Below are positions 7,702 through 13,929 of a stretch of 15,909 nucleotides of DNA, piece after piece; within the stretch, counting starts at the first letter, position 1; each line of letters begins with the position of its first letter. The notes beneath the pieces are model-generated. The model made no database searches and was not told where the DNA came from. It saw nothing but the letters and a program-made list of their open reading frames with translations. The translations under genes and the position numbers were made by a program. The stretch comes from Archangiaceae bacterium (GTDB lineage: Bacteria; Myxococcota; Myxococcia; Myxococcales; Myxococcaceae): the NCBI GenBank assembly GCA_043750125.1, contig JAYVCD010000237.1, positions 1-15,909 of the forward strand. The letters run 5' to 3'.

Positions 7702-9599
7702 CGAGCTGGCTGTTCCTCGCGCTGGTGCTGTCGACCGGGGCAGAGCAGAGCGAGCCCGACCCTTCGAACCAGACCCTGCTTTTCTACAACGCCCGAATGG
7801 CGATGCGAGAAGGGCGGCCGGCGGACACGCTGAAGCTGTGGCTGCTGCGAAACAGCATTGCCGAGCAGGGGTTCATTGGCAGCAACGACGAAGAGTTCCG
7901 CTCGGTGGTCTGGGCGGCGCTCGGGAGCCTGGGCCTGTGCCAGGACGGTTTCGCCAAAGACGTAGAGGGCGGAGCGGGCCTGTGGCCGCTGTCGCTTCAC
8001 AACTGGGTGCTCTACTCGTCGCGGGGAATCCCTCCGGGGCCGCGCAACCCGTACGACGCTTTCGAGGCCGCGCGGCAGCAGCGGTTCATTTCACTGCACA
8101 GCGTGCTGTCGATCGCCGAGCTGCGCACGGTGAGCTTCTTCCGCAAGTCGTGCTTCTTGCCTGAGACGACGCTGATTGCCCTGGGGAAGTCTCCCTCGCT
8201 GGATCTGACCGACCGGCTCTCGACCGGCCCTTTCTTGCGGCAGCTGCTGGTGTTGTCGTTGAAGACCCTGGTGCGCGAGAAGGTGCAGAGCGTGAGCGCG
8301 ATCGAGGCTCGGATCTTCGACCTCGACCTCGCGATGGCCCAGATGCTCGAACGGAAGGCGCGGCGGGCGGGAATGGCAGCGAAGCAGCGCGCCAGGACCC
8401 TGGGGATTTCTGAAGCCGGAGCCGGCGAAGCCCGCGAGCAGGCGGCGCAGTGGCCGGCCCATTCGGCGCAAGCGGCCTTCTTGCGCAAGAGCCTCACCTG
8501 GGACTCGAGCGAGTGGCTGACCTTGAACCGACAGCGCCGGCTCTTCCTCTACGCCCAGGCCAAGGCGTTCTCTACCCCGGCCCAACCGCCCGACCCGCTG
8601 GTGCTCTCGCTGATCGACTCGCTCATCGACCGCAACGAAGGCGCCGAGCTGGAGTCGTGGATTGGGAATTTCGATGCGAAAGATTCCGCGACACGGCGCA
8701 CGGCGCTCACCTCGGGAGAACGGGGAAAGCGGTTGCTCGAGCTCGAGCCCGCCAGCGGCTTTCGGGAAAGAGCGACGATTGCAATGCACCGAGGGGTCGA
8801 ATTCCTCGAGGCGGGGTCGATGCAGGAAGCGCTGCGCTCGTTCGCGTACGCGATGGCGAAGTCCGAAGAGTCGCGCGACGCCGCGGTGACGTTGTCCCTG
8901 GCCCGGCGTTGGGTGTCGTACGTGCTGTCGCGCTACGAGACGAACGAGCAGGTGATTGCGACGCTGAAGGCGCTGGTGCCGCGACAAGAATACAACCTGG
9001 TGATCGAAGATTTGATCTGGCGGGCGGCGCTGCGCGCGGACGAGAAGTCGTTTGACCTGGTGGTGGCGAGCCTTCAGCGCGGCAGCGCACTGGACGCCCG
9101 GGTCGCGCGGCTTCGATTGCTCGCGCAGGGAAAGCAGGGGGCGCTGGGCACGGACCTGCGCGACGCGACGGTCGACGAGCCGCATCTGGCGCTGCGTTTT
9201 GCGCGGCAGTTGCTCGAGAAGCTGGAAGCCGAAGACGTGGACGTGCGCCGTGCGAACATTCCGATGCTCAAGCTGTTGCGACAGATCTTCGACTCGTTGA
9301 TCACGTCGAAGGCGAAGGCCCAGGCTCGCGCGGCAGAAGAGTTGATCGCGCGCGCCCAGGGCATTCTCGAAGGCTTGAGCCTGTTCGACAATTCGACCGT
9401 GGGAAAAGCGCGCGAGCTCTCGCCGCGACACGAGACCTTCGCCGGGAACATTCGGCTGGCTCCTTCCGACCCGTTGCCGTGGCCGTTCGAGACCCCGGTC
9501 GCCGAGGCGCCCTCGCCGTTCACCCCGCTGGTGCTGCGGCCGGTGGAATGGCGCGACCCCAAAGGGGCGCTGGTGTTCGGCTGGAAGGTCACCGATTGA
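7698..9599 (+). CDS. Large exported alpha-helical (TPR-like) protein (633 aa)
   Basis: GTGA overlap at 7698-7701. Short signal-like N-terminus MTSWLFLALVLSTGA. TPR-like pairs LFYNARMAMREGRPADTLKLW and AMHRGVEFLEAGSMQEALRSFAYA. Confidence 0.7.
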   Translation: MTSWLFLALVLSTGAEQSEPDPSNQTLLFYNARMAMREGRPADTLKLWLLRNSIAEQGFIGSNDEEFRSVVWAALGSLGLCQDGFAKDVEGGAGLWPLSLHNWVLYSSRGIPPGPRNPYDAFEAARQQRFISLHSVLSIAELRTVSFFRKSCFLPETTLIALGKSPSLDLTDRLSTGPFLRQLLVLSLKTLVREKVQSVSAIEARIFDLDLAMAQMLERKARRAGMAAKQRARTLGISEAGAGEAREQAAQWPAHSAQAAFLRKSLTWDSSEWLTLNRQRRLFLYAQAKAFSTPAQPPDPLVLSLIDSLIDRNEGAELESWIGNFDAKDSATRRTALTSGERGKRLLELEPASGFRERATIAMHRGVEFLEAGSMQEALRSFAYAMAKSEESRDAAVTLSLARRWVSYVLSRYETNEQVIATLKALVPRQEYNLVIEDLIWRAALRADEKSFDLVVASLQRGSALDARVARLRLLAQGKQGALGTDLRDATVDEPHLALRFARQLLEKLEAEDVDVRRANIPMLKLLRQIFDSLITSKAKAQARAAEELIARAQGILEGLSLFDNSTVGKARELSPRHETFAGNIRLAPSDPLPWPFETPVAEAPSPFTPLVLRPVEWRDPKGALVFGWKVTD

Positions 9600-10249
9600 C
9601 TCCTAAGGAAATGCATCAGGCGATGAAGGCGCGCAAGCAGGAGCTGCGCACGGCCCTGCGGGCGATGCGGAAGGCGGCGCGCGAGAAGATGGACCAGAAC
9701 CCCGCGGTGCAGCGCGCGAAGGCCCGGCGGCGGCGAATACGGCGAGCGATTGGAATTGCGATCGGGGTGCTGCTGCTGTTGCTCATCCGCTGCGACTGCG
9801 GGCCCGGGGTGCCACCGGAAGGGCCGAAGGTCGAGGCCCCGGCGCCCAAAGAGCTCAAGCCGAAGAAGACGGTCACGGTGCGGGTGGGGCCGAAGAAGCC
9901 GCTCCAGGGCGACGGGACGAAGCAGAACCGCGGCGGCCTCGGCATCGGAGCTCCGGCGGCTCCGACGTGGATCGACCAGTTTCAGGTGCAGGTCGCCGCG
10001 AGGAGCCCGCGACTGGCGTTGTGCTTCACCGGAATCGATCGGCCGGGGGCGCTGCGGTGGTCGGCCTCGGTCAACCCCCAAAGCGGCGCGGTGTCGGATC
10101 ACGAGCTCGAGCCGGTCGGGCAGAGCAGCGAGCTGTCGACCGAGCAGCGCGAGTGCGTGGTGCGGGTGCTCTCGAGCCCCGTCTACAAGCTGACGGCTCC
10201 GGAGAAAGAGGCGCTGCCGAATCGGGTCAGCCTGGTGATCGAGTTCTGA
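9596..10249 (+). CDS. Single-pass inner-membrane protein with Pro/Lys-rich linker and TonB-C/AgmX-PglI-C-like domain (~217 aa; alternative ATG starts 9611 and 9623)
   Basis: TTGA overlap at 9596-9599. Highly basic N-terminus, TM AIGIAIGVLLLLLI, and linker GPGVPPEGPKVEAPAPKELKPKK. C-terminal helix-strand-strand-helix-strand pattern with Cys pair (LALCF...ECVVRVL) and terminal strand VSLVIEF. Confidence 0.65.
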   Translation: MTPKEMHQAMKARKQELRTALRAMRKAAREKMDQNPAVQRAKARRRRIRRAIGIAIGVLLLLLIRCDCGPGVPPEGPKVEAPAPKELKPKKTVTVRVGPKKPLQGDGTKQNRGGLGIGAPAAPTWIDQFQVQVAARSPRLALCFTGIDRPGALRWSASVNPQSGAVSDHELEPVGQSSELSTEQRECVVRVLSSPVYKLTAPEKEALPNRVSLVIEF

Positions 10250-10253
10250 AACT

Positions 10254-10706
10254 CTAGAAGTCGCCTTTGACCCCGAGGTTCACCTGCCCCTTCCAGACAC
10301 TGAAGGAAGGGCGCAGTGAGAACGCGCCGTCCGAATTCGACGCGCCCAGCTCGTAGCCCGCCAGAGCTCCGGCCAGCGGCAAGGTCATCGCGGCCGCCTC
10401 GCCGAGCCGGGGCATGAACATCAAAACGACCAGGGCCGTGGTCGCTCCGAGGCCCATCCCGATTCCCATCCCGGACAGCGAGCCGTCGCCGTCCAGCGCT
10501 TCGCCGACCCCGTAGACCCCCGTCCCCGCCCCGAGCCCGAAGCCGGCTTGTAGACCTGCAGCACCCGGGGTGGGGCAGTTGGGAAGAATGCCGCCCGGGC
10601 ACGGCACGAGACCGCCGATGCCGCTCTGCTGCCCGACGACTCCGCGGGCCAGGCCCAGACCCATTCCGGCGGCGCCCTGGATCAGGAGCCGAGTCGCGGT
10701 GAACTT
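10254..10706 (-). pseudogene. Gly-rich membrane/outer-membrane protein gene, probably 5'-truncated or carrying a premature stop (first ATG at 10664)
   Basis: Protein-like reading continues upstream of the ATG (KFTATRLLIQGAAG-MGLGLA) up to an in-frame TAA at 10709-10707. Motifs GVYGVGEALDGDGS, LPLAGALAGYELG and terminal strand VNLGVKGDF. No signal peptide or RBS at ATG 10664. Confidence 0.45.
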
Positions 10707-10927
10707 TTACCCCAAATCAAGACGCGAGAGCGTTGAAAGTGTTGCGTGAGGGCTTCCAGTTCTGATTGACTCTTTTCTCGCCAATGCCCGCACTGCGAAG
10801 TCACGAAGACCTCTGGGCGCGGGCCAGTCCCTGGGTCGTCCGTGCCGTTTCGTATCGTCGAAGGAAGCGGCCCGTTCCAACTGCAACACGTCCGGCCGCG
10901 GTTCCGTAGGCAGCTTCGAGGACTCGC

Positions 10928-11389
10928 CTACCGACCCTTCGCCCCTTCTCCGCGCAAGATCAGGCAGGTGCTGCTCGCCTTGGCGACCAACTTCTCGTCG
11001 GGCACGGACACCACTTCGCACTCGAGGTAGACCATCGCCTTCCCGGCGTGCACCGCCCTGGCGCGCGCCTCGAGCGTGGCGTCCCGAACCGGGCGCAGGA
11101 AGTTGATTTTCAGCTCGAGGGTGGTGAACGACTCGCCTTCCGCGAGCAGCGAGACGCACGCCATGCCCATCGCTCCATCTGCGAGATCGCAAAGAATCCC
11201 GCCGTGCAGCGTGCCCATCGGGTTGGCGTGGCGGGCGAGCCGGGCCTCCAACTTGAACACTGCAGCGCCCTTCTCGACCGAGACGGGCTCAAACCCAATC
11301 GTGACCGCCACCGGAGGCGGCAGCGTCATCGGAAACTCCGGAACCTTCTCGCCCTTCAACAAACGCTGAATTGCCTCGAGTGGAATAAT
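10928..11389 (-). CDS. PaaI-family (hotdog fold) thioesterase, ~153 aa; start uncertain
   Basis: HANPMGTLHGGILCDLADGAMG and TTLELKINFLRPV motifs. The best RBS (AGGAG 11401-11397) sits 7 nt before ATT 11389. Other in-frame ATGs are the track start at 11443, one at 11422 and the internal MTLPPP. Confidence 0.85.
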   Translation of the reverse strand: MIPLEAIQRLLKGEKVPEFPMTLPPPVAVTIGFEPVSVEKGAAVFKLEARLARHANPMGTLHGGILCDLADGAMGMACVSLLAEGESFTTLELKINFLRPVRDATLEARARAVHAGKAMVYLECEVVSVPDEKLVAKASSTCLILRGEGAKGR

Positions 11390-11505
11390 GGGGTGTCTCC
11401 TGTAAATGACGCCGCATAGCATCGGGTGTTGCGCTTTGTGCATCCCCGTTGTGTCTAGCCAGAAAGCTTCCTCCCATTTCGTCCACTCTCCTCTCTGGTG
11501 AACCC

Positions 11506-11814
11506 TTGAAAACGACCAAAAAACCGCCGACCCGCACGCTCAACCCGATTCGGAACCCGGGAAAGACCGGCAAAGGGGCAACCAAGCCGGAAGCCAAATC
11601 GAAGAAAGCCGGCTGGAAAGCCGAGCATCCGCTGAACCCGATGCCCAACCGCAAGGTCCCCACTCACCCCCTCAACCCGATCGCGCAGCCTCCCGTTCCG
11701 GCCAAGCCGATTGTCATGGTGAATCCGATCGCCCAGCCTCCCGTTCCGGCCAAGCCGATTGTCTCGGTGAACCCGATGCCGCAGCCGGCGAAGAAAATTG
11801 AGTACTACAAGTAG
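11506..11814 (+). CDS. Small basic Pro/Lys-rich repeat peptide (~102 aa) with repeated (L/V)NP(I/M) motifs
   Basis: TTG 11506 follows GGTGA (track start 11449). GC3-rich codons. Synonymous differences between repeat copies keep the peptide. The stop lies 5 nt before the next GTG. Confidence 0.6.
   Translation: MKTTKKPPTRTLNPIRNPGKTGKGATKPEAKSKKAGWKAEHPLNPMPNRKVPTHPLNPIAQPPVPAKPIVMVNPIAQPPVPAKPIVSVNPMPQPAKKIEYYK
11674..11784 (+). repeat. 48-bp coding tandem repeat, about 2.3 copies (NPIAQPPVPAKPIVxV)
   Basis: Units start at 11674, 11722 and 11770 (AACCCGATCGCGCAGCCTCCCGTTCCGGCCAAGCCGATTGTC / AATCCGATCGCCCAGCCTCCCGTTCCGGCCAAGCCGATTGTC / AACCCGATGCCGCAG). Confidence 0.9.
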
Positions 11815-11819
11815 CTCGA

Positions 11820-12590
11820 GTGCTCGACCTCAGGTCTGTCCATCGGGTGACTCGACGGGTGCACCTGCGTTTTCAAGCAGAGGCGCTGCCCGAGACCTTG
11901 AGCGAAGAAGCCTTCGCTCGCTTTGATCCATCGGTCTATTCGAGCCAGACGTTGGCGTGGGCGCGCGCCGCGTGGGAATCGCGGCTGTGCGACGAGTACC
12001 GTTCGCAGGTCGCGCTCACGCTGCTGCTCGCCGACTTGACCCAGGAAGGTTTCGCGATCGACGTGCTCGGCGCTGCGATTCGCGTCGTCCGCGACGAAGC
12101 CCGGCACGTCGAGCTGTGTCGCCGAATGGTCCGGGCGCTCGGCGGCAGCGATCTGATCGACGCAGAAGTCGCCCACGTCAGCGCTGAAGGCGACACCGGC
12201 CTGACGCGGGTGCTCGACCTCTCGCTGGGGTTCCTCTGCATCGGCGAGACGCTGTCCGCGCGGTTGATCGCCGCGGTGCGGGCCAATGCCAAAGACCCGC
12301 TCGCCCACGCGGTGCTGACCCAGATGCTGGCCGACGAATCGATTCACGGACAGTTCGGCTGGACAGTGCTCGAGCTCATCACTCCGGTGCTGTCAGCGCC
12401 CCAGCGGGCAGCCGTACGACGACGGGTTCCCAAGTTGCTGGCCCAGATGAAAATGGCCGTCGACGAATCAGCAGGCGATGGCTCGTCGACCAATCCCTTC
12501 GGAGCGCTGAGCGGAAAAGATCGCACCCGCGTCTTCAAGACCTGCGTGGCGAAGGACATTCGCCCCCGGCTGAATCGGCTCGGCTACTAA
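11820..12590 (+). CDS. Ferritin-like diiron-carboxylate domain protein (256 aa)
   Basis: Two E...DExxH ligand sets: DEYRS...RDEARH and CIGETLS...ADESIHGQFGW. Confidence 0.8.
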   Translation: MLDLRSVHRVTRRVHLRFQAEALPETLSEEAFARFDPSVYSSQTLAWARAAWESRLCDEYRSQVALTLLLADLTQEGFAIDVLGAAIRVVRDEARHVELCRRMVRALGGSDLIDAEVAHVSAEGDTGLTRVLDLSLGFLCIGETLSARLIAAVRANAKDPLAHAVLTQMLADESIHGQFGWTVLELITPVLSAPQRAAVRRRVPKLLAQMKMAVDESAGDGSSTNPFGALSGKDRTRVFKTCVAKDIRPRLNRLGY

Positions 12591-12598
12591 AGAACCGC

Positions 12599-13225
12599 TC
12601 AATCCTTCGAAGCGGGATCTCGGCTCTTCATCGTGCCCATCACGCCATCGATCCACTTGTAGCTGATGCCGTAATTCTTCGACGAATCGGCAAAGTGGTG
12701 CGCCATGTGATGGCTGCGCTGCCCCCGCCCCCAGGCGGTGAGTGGCTTGCGGTAGTGCGTCGACCAATGAATGAAGTCGTACCAGAGGTACCCCGACACC
12801 ACTCCGACGAAGAACGGAATGGTCGCGTCAGGGCGGCCGATGAGGAACAAGCCTCCACCAATCAACGCGGCGAGCGGAAGACTGGCTCCAATCGGCATCA
12901 CCAGCCGGGTCGCATCATCCGGATACTTGTGGTGGTAGCCGTGGACGATGTCGTGCAACCGGCGGGTGAAGGGGCTGTTGCCTTCCCAGTGGAAGAAGCC
13001 CTTGTGGAGGAAGTACTCCATCAATTGCCAGCCCACCCAGCCGAGAGGGAAGAACATCGCGGTCATCACCAGCGTGGTCAGGCCCTGGTACAGCGCCCAC
13101 GACTGGAGGGCGATCGCCGCGGGGATGTAGAGGACGAACGGGGTCGCCGGGTGCACCTTCGAAAAAAACTCGAAGAAATTGCTCTCGAACATCCGACCGC
13201 TCTCGTTCCGGAGGTAGTCCTTCAT
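12599..13225 (-). CDS. Sterol desaturase/fatty acid hydroxylase family protein (FA2H-like, ~208 aa)
   Basis: His boxes EYFLHKGFFH, HDIVHGYHH, YDFIHWSTH and HHMAHH, plus RLVMP and NYG. GAGG lies 7 nt before ATG 13225 (alternative ATG 13231). Confidence 0.9.
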   Translation of the reverse strand: MKDYLRNESGRMFESNFFEFFSKVHPATPFVLYIPAAIALQSWALYQGLTTLVMTAMFFPLGWVGWQLMEYFLHKGFFHWEGNSPFTRRLHDIVHGYHHKYPDDATRLVMPIGASLPLAALIGGGLFLIGRPDATIPFFVGVVSGYLWYDFIHWSTHYRKPLTAWGRGQRSHHMAHHFADSSKNYGISYKWIDGVMGTMKSRDPASKD

Positions 13226-13279
13226 GGTCATGCCTCTTAGCTCAACAGTGGAGGCCCGGTTCAAGGGGGCCCGACAACT

Positions 13280-13903
13280 TTACGAAACCTGAGTTGCCGG
13301 GGGCTTGGGCATCCCCGCCAACAACCGTTCGGCCTCGGCCCCAATCGGCCCGTGGGGGTCGAGCACTCTGGCCTTCTCGAATGAAGCCCGTGAAGCCAGC
13401 AGCTCGCCCTTCAACTTCCGGGCGACACCCAGATTGAGGTGGACGTTGGCGTTCTCGGCGTCCATGTCGAGCGCCTCTTTGAACAGCCCCAGCGCCCGGT
13501 CGAGCTCGCCCGACAGCAGCGCCTCTTTCCCTGCCTGAATCTTCTTTTCCGAGTCATTGACCAGCTCGACTTCGAGCACGGTGCGCCCGGCGAGATTGAA
13601 GACCAGCATTCGAAGCAAGCCGGCCCAGTAGAAGGTGACGCCCTCGACCGCGGCGACAGCGGCCAGCGGCAAATCGGGCAGCAGTTGCTTGCCGCGAAAC
13701 TTGAAGCGGACCTTGGTGTAGCGGCCGCGCTTGGCCCAGACGACAACCTGGGTCTTGAGCTTGTTGAGCGACTCTTCGATCTTCTTCGGGTCGATTTCAA
13801 ACGGAAGAACGCGATCGTTGCTGTGCGCCCGCGCTTCCACCTTTTCGAACCGGTGCACCTGGATTTTCTTCTTCGAGGAGGCCTTCGGCTTCTTCGCTGT
13901 CAT
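13280..13903 (-). CDS. DUF4342-like domain plus C-terminal TPR protein (207 aa)
   Basis: KRGRYTKVRFKFRGKQLLPDLPL...VLEVELV resembles DUF4342. TPR consensus in GKEALLSGELDRALGLFKEALDMDAENANVHLNLGVARKLKGELLASRASFEKARVLDP. Start at ATG 13903. Confidence 0.75.
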   Translation of the reverse strand: MTAKKPKASSKKKIQVHRFEKVEARAHSNDRVLPFEIDPKKIEESLNKLKTQVVVWAKRGRYTKVRFKFRGKQLLPDLPLAAVAAVEGVTFYWAGLLRMLVFNLAGRTVLEVELVNDSEKKIQAGKEALLSGELDRALGLFKEALDMDAENANVHLNLGVARKLKGELLASRASFEKARVLDPHGPIGAEAERLLAGMPKPPATQVS

Positions 13904-13929
13904 AGGCCATAGGCTAGCATCCGCGCCCA
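13904..13929. promoter_or_regulatory. Putative bidirectional promoter with overlapping -10 elements
   Basis: + strand TAGCAT at 13915-13920. - strand TGcTAGCCT (hexamer 13916-13911), 7 nt before ATG 13903. Only 26 nt separate the divergent start codons and no SD is evident. Confidence 0.5.

Noticed and set aside
4-10249. Ordinary flagellar gene cluster
   Set aside because: No recognisable export apparatus, rod, hook, L/P-ring, flagellin or switch genes, and the FliG-like domain is membrane-fused. Flagellar genes elsewhere in the genome cannot be excluded.
10845-10872. Second copy of the REP-like element (CCGTTTCGTATCGTCGAAGGAAGCGG)
   Set aside because: Only loose similarity to 73-101; this could be chance in GC-rich DNA.
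12595-12615. Bidirectional terminator between the convergent diiron and hydroxylase genes
   Set aside because: Only a 5-bp stem (CCGCT/AGCGG) with an 11-nt loop and no convincing U-tract.
10928-13225. Lipid-modification cluster (thioesterase, diiron enzyme, hydroxylase)
   Set aside because: The genes are in mixed orientations with no acyl carrier, ligase or synthase; co-location alone is not enough evidence.
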